Below the pieces are notes generated by a model, which did no database searches, had not been told where the DNA came from, and saw only the letters and a list, made by a program, of their open reading frames with translations. Below are positions 49,141-59,387 of a stretch of 64,000 nucleotides of DNA, in pieces. Numbering within the stretch: position 1 is the stretch's first letter; each line of letters starts with the position of its first letter. The stretch lies in assembly GCA_963729625.1 (NCBI GenBank), contig CAVSOU010000011.1, positions 192,001-256,000 of the forward strand. The letters run 5' to 3'. The DNA comes from an uncultured bacterium (lineage in GTDB: Bacteria > Chloroflexota > UBA5177 > JANWHV01). The translations under genes were made by a program, and so were the position numbers.

Positions 49141-50169
49141 TCAGCGAGTTCTCTTCTGTGACGAAGCGTACGCTTGCGGTCGTTGCATGCGCTGGCCCGA
49201 GGAGGGGGTTCGGCGCACGATACGCATGATTGCCAGTGCCAACACTGCCAGAACGAGGAGCACAACGAATCCGCCGCCAATCACGGACCGGATGGTCGAC
49301 GACCTGCTGTTGTCGTCCGCTTGATTGAGGATCGCCCGTCCTATCCCCGTGGCAAGCTGGGCCGGCATTGCCATGCTGTTTGCCTTGAGCTGCTGTGCGA
49401 CCAGGTTGGCGATCGACCCGCTGTCCAGTCTGTTGCTGGCGGCAGCGGCCAGTTGCGGCGTGACCACCACCACGATGCCGCTCGGCAGGTTAAGCCGGGC
49501 AAGCAGGTCCTGAGCATAGTCCGTCAGGCGCGTGTACGGTGCAGGCGTGGCGTCGAGGAACACGAACTTCACTACCGTGTTTGACTGGTCGGTAGCATCG
49601 TTGGCAAACTGCACGATCTGGCCCTGATCGGCCACGCTGACTCGCGAGGCCATGCCGGGCGCGACGAAGTAGGCTTGCTGCGGATCCTGAAACACGGAGT
49701 ATGCCGACTGCGCTTCCTGCTGAGCAGCCTGGGCAGGTGAAACCGTACCGGCTGTCATGGTCGCGTTTTTCATCGCCGCGGGCGGGCCCACGTCGTACGC
49801 GCCCGCTTGCTCCAGTGCGTTCAACTCCTGCGTCGCCGAAGGATTGGACGTGCTGAACGCCGGGTCCGAGAGCGCCTTCGCCACGGCCCAGGCGGCGTTG
49901 CTGAGCTGCTTCGTCTGTTTGAAAGCCAGGCCAAGCTGATAATACGTAGCCGGGTCGTTGTGACCGTGGAGTATTGCCTGCTCGTAGTCGGTAACGGCCG
50001 TCCGATAGTCTCCGTGCCGCGCTGCTGCCTGCGCCTGGCTGTAGTAGCTCGCGCCTCCAGTCGCCGCGCGAGCGCTGTTCGGCGTTCCGGCAGCACCCAG
50101 CACCATACAGACAGCCAACAACGCTGCGCACGCCTCGCGCCGCCACCCGCGCGTGCAGGTTCGTCTCAC
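49141..50169 (-). CDS. Exported TPR-containing protein with a C-terminal membrane anchor (TPM-like second domain)
   Basis: Signal peptide; TPR segments YRTAVTDYEQAI and YYQLGLAF; C-terminal transmembrane segment with a basic tail. The start is approximate. Confidence 0.65.
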   Translation of the reverse strand: MRRTCTRGWRREACAALLAVCMVLGAAGTPNSARAATGGASYYSQAQAAARHGDYRTAVTDYEQAILHGHNDPATYYQLGLAFKQTKQLSNAAWAVAKALSDPAFSTSNPSATQELNALEQAGAYDVGPPAAMKNATMTAGTVSPAQAAQQEAQSAYSVFQDPQQAYFVAPGMASRVSVADQGQIVQFANDATDQSNTVVKFVFLDATPAPYTRLTDYAQDLLARLNLPSGIVVVVTPQLAAAASNRLDSGSIANLVAQQLKANSMAMPAQLATGIGRAILNQADDNSRSSTIRSVIGGGFVVLLVLAVLALAIMRIVRRTPSSGQRMQRPQAYASSQKRTR

Positions 50170-50363
50170 GTTGCCTAACCCCCAGGTGCTCTCGCCACCA
50201 CGTGAAAGCAAGCATACGGGCGGCCGCATGAATCACACATGACCGGACCAGTCCGCTGATTACAGGCAGTGTAGCAGGTCCCGGCAAGGCGTTATGACGA
50301 TGTCCGCGCCCCGAAGTAGCGCCAGGCAAGGTCACGAGGCTGAGGTACGCTCACGCGTGCAGA

Positions 50364-51152
50364 TCAACCACGACGCCTCCGGCCCCGCGCCGCCGGAGTT
50401 GGCGGCTGCTTCGAGCTTTCCATCGCCAGTGGTTCGTGCTCGGGAATGCCGGGCCGCCGCGGCAGCCCGCTCGGCGTGGCGGCCACCTTGCGATAACGAA
50501 CCAGGCAGCGCGCATCGCTGTCCCCCGACACCACAGGGACTACGGTTGGCGGTGATGCGCCGAGGATCACCCGTGCGGGCTCGGCGTCCTCGAGCTCGCG
50601 GTCCAGGGCGGTGGTTCCCTTATAGAGGATCACCGTTCCCAGCTGGCGCACGAACGGGAGCGTGAGCTCAAGCAGGGCAGCCGTGCGCGCCACGGCACGC
50701 GCCACGCAGAGGTCATACACTGCGCGGTGACCGCGATCGTGGCCGACCTCCTCCGCGCGACCTCGCACTACTCGCGCGTTGGCAAGGCCCAGGCTCGCTA
50801 TTGCCAGCTCAACAAAGCGCACCTTCTTCGTCGTGACTTCCAGCAGCGAGAGCTTCCACGCGGGAAAGGCAATTGCCAGCGGTATGCCAGGGATCCCGGC
50901 GCCTGTGCCGACGTCGAGACAGGCGTACGCCGCCGCGTCCGGGTGCTCGGGCAGCGCGAGCGCAATCGTCAGAGCGTCGAGGAAATGTCGCGACCACAGC
51001 GCTTCGATGGCGCTCGGACCAAGCAGGTTGAACCGCTGGCTCCACTCGATCAGTAACTCCGCGTACGCTTCGAACATCGCGGCCTGGCTGCCGTCAAGCG
51101 AGACGCCGAGACCGGCAGCGCCATCCGCAAGCAGCGCGAAGCTTTCCTTCAC
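50364..51152 (-). CDS. rsmG: 16S rRNA m7G527 methyltransferase RsmG (GidB)
   Basis: Motifs RHFLDAL, DVGTGAGIPGIPL, GRAEE and ARAVA. Confidence 0.92.
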   Translation of the reverse strand: MKESFALLADGAAGLGVSLDGSQAAMFEAYAELLIEWSQRFNLLGPSAIEALWSRHFLDALTIALALPEHPDAAAYACLDVGTGAGIPGIPLAIAFPAWKLSLLEVTTKKVRFVELAIASLGLANARVVRGRAEEVGHDRGHRAVYDLCVARAVARTAALLELTLPFVRQLGTVILYKGTTALDRELEDAEPARVILGASPPTVVPVVSGDSDARCLVRYRKVAATPSGLPRRPGIPEHEPLAMESSKQPPTPAARGRRRRG

Positions 51153-51247
51153 CTGTCCACGCTCCCGCCATTCACCGCAGATCGTTCACAGCCACGGCCT
51201 GAGTATATTCCGAAGCCTCCGCTTGAAAGCGGATGGCAGGACCGATA

Positions 51248-51326
51248 CCGGACGAATCCGGGTGCGAGGGCGGGGCGAGTTCCCGGATTCATCCGGCCTT
51301 CCTTGTCTCCATACGGATTCATCCGG
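51248..51326. repeat. Three 14-bp quasi-palindromes CCGGA-N4-TCCGG
   Basis: CCGGACGAATCCGG (51248), CCGGATTCATCCGG (51283) and ACGGATTCATCCGG (51313). Confidence 0.75.
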
Positions 51327-51537
51327 AGGCTATGGCCAACCACTTGCAGGCCATGGGTTCGCGGGATATCCGGGTTGCGGTGTATTCTCCGCGCTGCTAT
51401 GGTACACGCGGAATGTCGCGGTGCTGATACTGCGACATCGGTTGATCATGGTTTATTGGCCGCCGCCTGTACTGCGTACGATAGCAGGATCGCAGGACAG
51501 GCCGGATCTATTGGCATGCATGCGTCCGTGGTAAACG

Positions 51538-53679
51538 GTGATATTGAGAGATGTAATGGGGAAGTTTCTCGGACTCTGCTTCTTTGCATGCGGCATTGCC
51601 GCCGTCTACTTTTGGGGTGTGCGGCCCCTGATCAGCCAGTCTTCGACCGCGAGCGTATCGCCGCCGGTGACCATCGTGGCGCGGGCGACGAACACGCCCC
51701 CGTCAGACCTGAGCACGGATCAACTGGCCGCGGGGTCAACTGCTCGCTCGTTCCTGACAGCATGGCAGAACAAGCAATACAGCGCTATGTACGACCAGCT
51801 AACCGCGGCGGCCAAGCTCCGGATTACCAGAGATCGTTTCGTGTCGCGCTACAGCGCGGTCGCCGCCGAAGCGACGATCGTGTCGATCGGCACGACCTTG
51901 AGCACGGTCTCGCTCGACATGCCTTTGGCGACCGCAGCGTATACTGTGCGATTCGCGACGCGGGCCCTTGGCGACATACGCCAGCCGAACCAGATGCACC
52001 TGGTCTTCGCTCGCGGCAAGTGGCAGGTAGACTGGTACCCCGCACTGATCTTCAAACAGCTGGTCGATCCGTACGTGGTGCACCTTGAGGCGCTGCCTTC
52101 GCGTCGCGGGTCTATCTTGGATCGCCACGGCACGCCGCTGGCGGAAGACGGCCAGTTCTACCAGGTCGGCGTTGAGCCGGGCTTGATTCTTGATGAGAAA
52201 GGCCTGCTTGCATACCTCAGCTCCTGGCTGCACATAGACAAGGCCACCATCAAGCATCTCTACACGCTGTCCTGGGCGAAACCTGACTACTTCATGCCAA
52301 TCACGACGATCACGGGTTACCAGTGGGCACACGCGCCCAATGGTCTGAACAGCGCACAGGCCAACGGCTTGCGGTACCAGCTCAGTGCTGGGCGCACGTA
52401 TCCCTACCACTCGCTGGCATCCATCTTGCTCGGCTACGTGGACCCTGCCACGGACCATGGCAAGGCAGGTCTCGAGCTTGCGCTCGACAAGGTACTTGCC
52501 GGCAAGGATGGCGTTGGCCTTTACGTGACGAACAGGGCGTATACCATGTCTGCCGCCACGATCGCGGAGCGACCGCCTGTCAACGGAAAGAACGTGTGGC
52601 TTTCTATCGACATCAAGGAGCAGCAAGCACTGGAAAACGCTGTTGGCACGCGCAAAGGAGCTGCGGTGGCTATCCAACCGGCGACCGGTCAGGTGCTCGC
52701 GCTGGTGAGTTCGCCCGGCTACGACCCGAATCGATTTGAGATTGAAACGGCGGGCAGTGGCATCGGACCTGTGCGTTCGATGTTCCCCCGCGCCACGATC
52801 GGCACCTACCCGACAGGTTCGATTTTCAAGATTGTTACGATGGCGGCAGCACTTGAGCGTGGGGGATACCTGCCGAGCACGCTTATTGATGGCCCCCCGG
52901 TGTGGTACGGTCTCGGGGCCGCGGATCCGCTGCATGACTGGTCGGCAGCAGGCCACGGCACGATATCGCTTCAGGAGGCGCTCACCCAGTCGTGCGACAC
53001 ATGTTTTTACGCAGTAGCCAAGCGACTCGACGGAATCGGCGAGGATATATTGCCAGAGTTCGCGCGGGCCTTTGGCTTTGGCAAGGCAACCGGCATTGAC
53101 GACGTAGCGGAAGCGTCCGGGCTCGTCGGCGACAACGCTTGGAAGTTGACGACGTACAAAGATGCCTGGCGCACCGGCGACACCGTGAATCTGTCGATTG
53201 GCCAGGGATACTTTCTGGCGACACCGCTGCAAGTTGCATCGATGCTTGCGTCGGTAGCCGACAAAGGTGTCATACACCAGCCGCAGCTGGTCGTGCGGAT
53301 TGGCAGCGCCAGGGAGCAGGGCAGCATTGCCGGCCAGTTGCCGGTCAGCCAAGCGCATCTCTCGTCGATTCTCAGGGGCATGCTCGGCGTGACCACTGAA
53401 AGCACCGGTACGGCGACGTTCGTATTCAAGACCTTCAGATGGGCGGTGGCCGGAAAGACGGGCACGGCCCAGAATCCTGGCGCGCAGCCGCACGCCTGGT
53501 TCGCCGCTATCGCGCCGTACAAGACGCCCCAAATCGCACTGGCAATCGTGCTGGAAAACGCGGGTGAAGGTTCCACGGTTGCGGGCCCCGTCGCACGAAC
53601 CGCTTTGCAGGCCTACCTCAGCGAAGTGGTGCCAGTAGTCGTCAACGGAGCGCAGCCGTTGCAAGTGCCCGGGGGCTGA
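51538..53679 (+). CDS. mrdA: Class B PBP2 with an NTF2-like N-terminal domain
   Basis: Motifs RRGSILDR, GSIFK, SCD and KTGT; N-terminal transmembrane segment. Confidence 0.85.
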   Translation: MILRDVMGKFLGLCFFACGIAAVYFWGVRPLISQSSTASVSPPVTIVARATNTPPSDLSTDQLAAGSTARSFLTAWQNKQYSAMYDQLTAAAKLRITRDRFVSRYSAVAAEATIVSIGTTLSTVSLDMPLATAAYTVRFATRALGDIRQPNQMHLVFARGKWQVDWYPALIFKQLVDPYVVHLEALPSRRGSILDRHGTPLAEDGQFYQVGVEPGLILDEKGLLAYLSSWLHIDKATIKHLYTLSWAKPDYFMPITTITGYQWAHAPNGLNSAQANGLRYQLSAGRTYPYHSLASILLGYVDPATDHGKAGLELALDKVLAGKDGVGLYVTNRAYTMSAATIAERPPVNGKNVWLSIDIKEQQALENAVGTRKGAAVAIQPATGQVLALVSSPGYDPNRFEIETAGSGIGPVRSMFPRATIGTYPTGSIFKIVTMAAALERGGYLPSTLIDGPPVWYGLGAADPLHDWSAAGHGTISLQEALTQSCDTCFYAVAKRLDGIGEDILPEFARAFGFGKATGIDDVAEASGLVGDNAWKLTTYKDAWRTGDTVNLSIGQGYFLATPLQVASMLASVADKGVIHQPQLVVRIGSAREQGSIAGQLPVSQAHLSSILRGMLGVTTESTGTATFVFKTFRWAVAGKTGTAQNPGAQPHAWFAAIAPYKTPQIALAIVLENAGEGSTVAGPVARTALQAYLSEVVPVVVNGAQPLQVPGG

Positions 53680-53818
53680 GCGAGTCCGCGACGCCACGGC
53701 TGGCTTATACGGTGTCACGTGGATTGGTTGGCAGGATAGGCCCGACCTTTCAAGGCTTATCTTTCTGCACATCTTGGCATACAAAGAAGTTCAGGCGCAG
53801 GTTGCAGCTTCTTATGCA

Positions 53819-54604
53819 CTAAGACGTATCTTCAGGAGAGCCGAGCACCCTGGAGGTGGTCCGATACCTGCCGCGAACCTCATTGAGTCTGATGCGAATC
53901 AGGTCCAGTGTCATGGTCAGAGTGTCGGATACTGCCCGAACGCGGGAATCGTCGTTGAAATACCAGTCGATTCCAACGACCTTCGCGGCATAGCCGCGCT
54001 TTCGTGCCAGAAACAGGATCTCGGCATCGAAGCTGAATCCATCCATTCGCTGGCGAGAAAAGAGATCTCGCGCGGCGCCGCGCTGGAAGCCCTTGAAGCC
54101 GCACTGCGTGTCGTCAAGCCCCCCGATCACGAGGGTCCTCACAAACAGGTTGAAGATGCGGCCCATGAGGTGGCGGCGAGCGGGCTCGCCATAGCGTTTA
54201 GCGCCGGGTCCCTCGCGGGATCCGATGGCCAGATCGTATCCTTCGTCGAGCACGGCGATGAACCGATCCATATCCTCGATCGGCATTGATAAGTCGGCGT
54301 CACAGAGCATCACGAACTGCAGGCTCGCAGCCAACATGCCCGCGCGAACCGCGGCGCCCTTGCCGCGATGCGGTAGCTGCAGCGGGCGGAGATACGGCGC
54401 CTCTTTCGCGCGCGCTTCTAGCAGGGGCCACGTGCCATCGACACTGCCGTCGTCGCAGACGACGATTTCAAGTGGACGGGGGAACTGGGCGCGGAAACGT
54501 GCAATCTCATCGAGCGTATGTGGCAGCCGGCGTTCCTCGTTGAAGGCCGGAATCACAATGCTCAGTCCGGGCGCGGCAGACGGGGCCGATTGCACTTCAT
54601 CCAT
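53819..54604 (-). CDS. GT2 polyprenol/dolichyl-phosphate glycosyltransferase (DPG-synthase-like)
   Basis: Motifs IPAFNEE, DDGS.D, GKGAAV, DADLS, DTQCGFK and FDAEIL. Confidence 0.85.
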   Translation of the reverse strand: MDEVQSAPSAAPGLSIVIPAFNEERRLPHTLDEIARFRAQFPRPLEIVVCDDGSVDGTWPLLEARAKEAPYLRPLQLPHRGKGAAVRAGMLAASLQFVMLCDADLSMPIEDMDRFIAVLDEGYDLAIGSREGPGAKRYGEPARRHLMGRIFNLFVRTLVIGGLDDTQCGFKGFQRGAARDLFSRQRMDGFSFDAEILFLARKRGYAAKVVGIDWYFNDDSRVRAVSDTLTMTLDLIRIRLNEVRGRYRTTSRVLGSPEDTS

Positions 54605-54916
54605 GGTGTCCCTGGGCTACCTCCGTTCCTGGTGGCGCCGGCAAGGGTTCATACGGACAACCCTATTCTTCCGGCCACCCGCGCGCCCAGCAGGCAGTGA
54701 ATCGCACTCGTGCTCTCGCGTCGACACGCACAAATGCCCTTCAATCCTACCTGCCTTCGAGGAACGTCACGCGGAAGGCCCTGAACGCCGCAGGATGAAT
54801 GCACCGAGCTTCGACGATCCGGCATTCGGGTATATCGCGCCCGTCGCCGCGGGACCCCGTCGCCCTCTGCAGACGGTGCCCCGGGAACTTCCCCGGGTCG
54901 GACACCGGGGCTCATC

Positions 54917-55612
54917 TCACGTAGGCTTGTCCGTAAGCAGCACCCCGGTTACCGGCGCCTTCACGCGGTCGAGCAACTCTCGCGCCCTCGCCGCGTCGAG
55001 GCGGTGCGTCTTCCCCGGTGCGACGGCAATGATCACTCCGTCAACCAACTTTGCCAGGTCCAATCCATCGATCTGCTCAAGTATTGGGGCGCCAATGATT
55101 ATCACTCTATCGACACTCTTCTTGAGCTGGAGAAGCACCTCGTGTAGATGCTTGGCTCGCCCAATACCCCCAGCGATGGGAGCGGCAGTCCCGGCGCCGA
55201 TGAGATGCAGGCCCGGCACGTCCGGCACGGCGTTCAGGGCAGCCACGAAATCAGGGGATTCGTCCTGAACGAGATTCTTGAATCCGAGCGGCGCGGTAAG
55301 CGAAAACAGTGACTCCAGGCTGGGCGTGTGTGGATCACCGTCTATCAGCACGACGCTTTCGCCGTCTTTCGCAGCTAAAATGGCGAGATTTGCTGCAACC
55401 GCGCACGCGGAGGCCGACGCGTCGATGGCGCACACGAGAATGCTCGTCCCTTCGGCCGTCATGAGCTCGTACTTCACATTCAGGAACGCCTGATCGTACG
55501 CCTTCCTGAGTGAGTCCGGACACGCCGATTCGCTTACGAGGGCGCCGGTACCGTGCGACTGTGCAATCGCGGTGCCAAGCCGCCCGCTTTGCTCCTGAGA
55601 ACCGACCATCAA
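54917..55612 (-). CDS. CpsD/CapB-like BY-kinase homolog with degenerate motifs
   Basis: AANLA, VVLIDGD...PSL and VDGVIIAV are present; the Walker A and B residues are altered. Confidence 0.75.
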   Translation of the reverse strand: MMVGSQEQSGRLGTAIAQSHGTGALVSESACPDSLRKAYDQAFLNVKYELMTAEGTSILVCAIDASASACAVAANLAILAAKDGESVVLIDGDPHTPSLESLFSLTAPLGFKNLVQDESPDFVAALNAVPDVPGLHLIGAGTAAPIAGGIGRAKHLHEVLLQLKKSVDRVIIIGAPILEQIDGLDLAKLVDGVIIAVAPGKTHRLDAARARELLDRVKAPVTGVLLTDKPT

Positions 55613-55682
55613 TATGTCATCCTGTCACTTTGCCTGGACGCACCCCGGCCGCTCTCTCGCGCCGTGGAACGCCTGGCACGTC

Positions 55683-56411
55683 TCACTTTCCACCTACTAG
55701 AACGCCGAGCGTGGGCGTATGCATCCAATGCCGTACGTCCTGCTCGTCGTGGATGCTCTCATCCATGTATTCCCACAGGAAGGCAAGCGCGATGCCCAGC
55801 ACCACGCCGGCCAGAGCTTTCTCCAGCCAGCTGATGGCGGTGGAGGACAGCGACTGGGTCGTGGTGGTCGGCGGATCAATTGTACGCGTGGTAATCGGGA
55901 ACTCCTTCACGCCGCCGTTCGGAGCGGTGGCCAGTGCGGTCCTGTTGTAGTCAGGAAGGAAATCGCGATTCAACACCGCCACGGCGGCGTTGACGAGGTT
56001 AAGTGCCTTAGTCTGATCGGACGACTTGTACTCCAGTTCCAGGTCCCTCGCGGCAGTGTTGTTTGCGCCAAGCACGGAGCGAATCGTCTTCCAGTCGATC
56101 TTGAGGTTATAGTGCTGGAGAATGTACGCCTGGACCGACTTGGGATATTGCAGGTGCGTGGTATAGGTCTTCGCCGCGCCCGCGGCAGATCCCGCGTTGC
56201 CCAGGGCTGCTCCAACCGGATCGATATAGACATTTGCCGTCTGATAAATTGGCGCTTCCTGAGAAAACTCGATAACCATCTGCGCCTTGTAATAACTGCC
56301 GAAAAACGTGTAAGCAGTGTATGCGCCTGCCACTACGGCCACGACCACGATCGTCGTTATGATGATCTGCCACTGCCGTTCCAGCACGCGCCAATACCAT
56401 CGAAGTTCCAA
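55683..56411 (-). CDS. CpsC/CapA (Wzz-like) polysaccharide co-polymerase
   Basis: MELRWYWRVL.R.W start; two transmembrane segments; EYMDESI...PTLG. Confidence 0.8.
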   Translation of the reverse strand: MELRWYWRVLERQWQIIITTIVVVAVVAGAYTAYTFFGSYYKAQMVIEFSQEAPIYQTANVYIDPVGAALGNAGSAAGAAKTYTTHLQYPKSVQAYILQHYNLKIDWKTIRSVLGANNTAARDLELEYKSSDQTKALNLVNAAVAVLNRDFLPDYNRTALATAPNGGVKEFPITTRTIDPPTTTTQSLSSTAISWLEKALAGVVLGIALAFLWEYMDESIHDEQDVRHWMHTPTLGVLVGGK

Positions 56412-56665
56412 GAGCTGGTACCTCCTCTTCTTTCCAGTCGATGGTAATGGATCGAACCCCGATCAGGCTAGGGGTGAGTCAGTCGCCACTGGGGCAAAGC
56501 GCGCTACTGAGATTTCGGGCCTACATATCTGATCATTTTCGGCCTCCAGCTGCGGCCGGTTGAAATCTGCGGGACCAACACCGCGAATGGCAATAGTCCG
56601 GCTCCTACCAGGCCGCAGCCGTCGGGCCCCTACCGTCCTGCCGCAGCTGAAGGTTGGTTTCCACC

Positions 56666-58240
56666 TTAGTACGCGCCATTGCGCGTCATCACCGCAAGAA
56701 TCGTTCGGAGCAAGATCTTCACGTCAAGCGCGAGGGACCAGTTGTCGATGTAATACGTGTCCATGATGATGATCTCTTCAAAGCTCTCAATGTTGCTTCG
56801 GCCGCTGACCTGCCAGTAGCCAGTGATGCCGCCTATCACTTCGAGCCGCTTAAAATGGTGAGGTGCGTAGTTGGCAACCTCGCTTGGCAGCGGCGGGCGC
56901 GGCCCAACCAGGCTCATGTCACCACGAAGCACGTTGATGAGCTGGGGTAGCTCGTCGATCGATAGCCGGCGAATGAAGCGTCCCACGCGGGTGCGCCGCG
57001 GATCGTTCCTGTCTTTGAAGATACGCGGGTCGACGATGCCACTCTCGGCGATGAGCTTGTCGAGCATCTCATTGGCGTTGACGTGCATCGACCTGAACTT
57101 GAAGAAGGTGAACGGCTTGCCGTCTTTGCCGACTCGCTGCTCCGTGTACAGCACGGGGCCTCTCGAGTCCAGCTTGATCGCCAAAGCCACTAGCAGAAGA
57201 AACGGCGACGCGATCAGTAGCGCCAGCCCGGAGACCACGGTGTCGAGGGCACGCTTGATGCCGCGCGCGACGCGGCTGTGACGCCTGCGCTCGACGTCGA
57301 TCAGTGGAATGCCGGCAATGTGGTCCATGCGCACGCGTGAGAGGCTGAGTTCGAAGAGATCCGGCACCAGTTTGACCGCCACTTCGGCCTGCTCGCAGTG
57401 GGCGCAGATAGCGGCGATGTCGTCGTGATCCGTGGCTGGAAGTGCCACGATCACTTCGTCTATCGCCAGGTCGCCCACCACGTCCCTGATTTGGGATACA
57501 TTTCCCAGGCACGGGAACCGGCCGAAATTGGCGCTCGCAGAGGAAGCATCGGCTGCAGCCGTATCGTCTGGCGACCCTGCAGATTCCTGCAGAAACCCGA
57601 TCAAGTGATAGCCATGATTGCGCTTGGTCAGCAGATTCTGCATCACCATCTTGCCGACCGGCGTCGTACCGGCGACCACCACTCGCCTGGTGTTCCAACC
57701 GTTGCCGTGCAGGCGCGTGAGAAGCATATAGAGCAAGATCCGGCCCGCGATCAGCAGCGCCACAAGCAGCACCCATGAGTAGACAATGACCAGGCGCGAC
57801 TCAACTTTGACCGGCAAGTACGCAGTGACGATCGAAATCACGCCGATACCGACAAGACTCGTGCGGCTAAGGTCGAGAAGCTCGTCTGGAAGATCGCGCC
57901 CGAGTCGCGTTCGGTAGGCCCCGGAGACGATCAGGCTCATGCACTCGATCACGCTGAACACGATGCCGAACGGAATCCAGTCTCGAAATGGAACCCAAAC
58001 CAGGCCGCGCTCTACCGGCACCCACTGCACGACGTAGCGCAGCATGTACGCGCAACAGAATGCCAGCCAGATAAGGGTCACGTCCAAAGTAGCGGCGAAA
58101 GCAGCCAACTCCAGTCGCGCCCGCCGTTGGGACGCCGGCAGTGACCGTGTGATGCTCCCGCGGCTCACGCCGGTCTGCACGGCTCCGATCTGGTCCCTAC
58201 CGGTAACTACGGGCTCCACGAGGGTGGGTGCCTGCGCCAT
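56666..58240 (-). CDS. Priming polyprenyl-phosphate sugar phosphotransferase (WcaJ/CpsE-like)
   Basis: Motifs KRALD, FKFRSM, DPRRTRVG, SIDELPQL and MSLVGPRP. Confidence 0.9.
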   Translation of the reverse strand: MAQAPTLVEPVVTGRDQIGAVQTGVSRGSITRSLPASQRRARLELAAFAATLDVTLIWLAFCCAYMLRYVVQWVPVERGLVWVPFRDWIPFGIVFSVIECMSLIVSGAYRTRLGRDLPDELLDLSRTSLVGIGVISIVTAYLPVKVESRLVIVYSWVLLVALLIAGRILLYMLLTRLHGNGWNTRRVVVAGTTPVGKMVMQNLLTKRNHGYHLIGFLQESAGSPDDTAAADASSASANFGRFPCLGNVSQIRDVVGDLAIDEVIVALPATDHDDIAAICAHCEQAEVAVKLVPDLFELSLSRVRMDHIAGIPLIDVERRRHSRVARGIKRALDTVVSGLALLIASPFLLLVALAIKLDSRGPVLYTEQRVGKDGKPFTFFKFRSMHVNANEMLDKLIAESGIVDPRIFKDRNDPRRTRVGRFIRRLSIDELPQLINVLRGDMSLVGPRPPLPSEVANYAPHHFKRLEVIGGITGYWQVSGRSNIESFEEIIIMDTYYIDNWSLALDVKILLRTILAVMTRNGAY

Positions 58241-58241
58241 A

Positions 58242-59387
58242 TCAAGCGCCCTCCAATGCTTCGGCGTAAACCTGGACCACCTGCTCCGCCGTGCGACGCC
58301 ACTCGAACCGGCGAGACTGATCGCGCCCGCGCCGGATCAGGTCTTCTCGCAGCACACTGTCGCCGGCGATCCGGCACAGCCCTTCGGAAATACACGATCC
58401 GTCTTCGGCGTCCACGAGGATCGCCGCCTCGCCTGCGACTTCGACCAGGCTGCTGTTGCGTGCAGTCAACACGGGGCAGCCGCAGGCCATGGCTTCCGCC
58501 ACCGGAAGCCCGAATCCTTCGTACAGCGATGGGTAGACAAAGGCGCCGGCGGCTCTGTACCAGAGCGGCTGGTCCTCGTCCGGAACGTACCCGGGAAACT
58601 GGACATGTCCCTCTATACCAAGAGCCTTTACGCGATCGAAGATTTCGTCATACATCCAGCCTTTTGCGCCGGCGATCACGAGCGGCCATTCCACGCCTGC
58701 GCGCCGCGCCGCGTGATAGGCATTCAGTAGCCGAACAAGGTTCTTGCGAGGCTCGAGCGTGCCCATGAACAGGAAGAACTGATCGGGAAGGTGGTGCTCG
58801 TCGCGAAACCGCGCCAGGCGGTCGGGCTCGATCGATTCCCTGAAACGATCGTCCACACCGAGATAGACAACGCGAACGCGATCCTCGGACACGCCCAGCA
58901 GCTTGACCACGTCGCTTTTTGTGTTTTGCGAGCTGGTCATCACGCGTCGCGCGCCACGCGCGCTCAGGCGCGTAAATGTGGTGAGATAGCGCCGGCGCCC
59001 CGGAAGGAAGCGCTCCGGGAACAGGAGAAAGCTCACATCGTGGATGGTGAGGACGCCGGGAATCCGCCGCGCCAGCGGCAATACATTCAGAGTGCCGTGA
59101 ATGAGGTCGATCCGGCGCTTCGCCAGCAATGCCGGCAACGCGGTCTGTTCCCACAGTATCCGCTGCGCGGGCTTTTCCGTGTTCAGCATGCTGTGGACGA
59201 CCTGAAAGCGGCGATCGCCGTGAAGTGGCAACGCAGCGCTGTCCGCATTGGTGAAGATAGTGTAGCGATCCGACGTGGGGAGCGAGGGGAGTATACGCAG
59301 CAGGTGGTAAATGAAGGCTGCCGTCCCGGCGTTTCGATATGTTCGCGCGAAGGTGAGCAATTGCGCGTTGATTCCGATTCGCGCCAT
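58242..59387 (-). CDS. Glycosyltransferase family 4
   Basis: Motifs TIHD, LEPRKN and YEGFGLPVAEAMACG. Confidence 0.92.
   Translation of the reverse strand: MARIGINAQLLTFARTYRNAGTAAFIYHLLRILPSLPTSDRYTIFTNADSAALPLHGDRRFQVVHSMLNTEKPAQRILWEQTALPALLAKRRIDLIHGTLNVLPLARRIPGVLTIHDVSFLLFPERFLPGRRRYLTTFTRLSARGARRVMTSSQNTKSDVVKLLGVSEDRVRVVYLGVDDRFRESIEPDRLARFRDEHHLPDQFFLFMGTLEPRKNLVRLLNAYHAARRAGVEWPLVIAGAKGWMYDEIFDRVKALGIEGHVQFPGYVPDEDQPLWYRAAGAFVYPSLYEGFGLPVAEAMACGCPVLTARNSSLVEVAGEAAILVDAEDGSCISEGLCRIAGDSVLREDLIRRGRDQSRRFEWRRTAEQVVQVYAEALEGA

Noticed and set aside
51248-51326. Spaced repeats considered as a mini-CRISPR
   Set aside because: Units are only 14 bp, in mixed orientation, with 16-21 nt gaps and no cas genes.
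51799-53784. 661-aa antisense ORF, and similar long shadow ORFs at 38495-39505, 41282-42391 and 46235-47470
   Set aside because: Each lies opposite a well-supported gene, is Arg/Ala-rich and has no motifs; typical high-GC artefacts.
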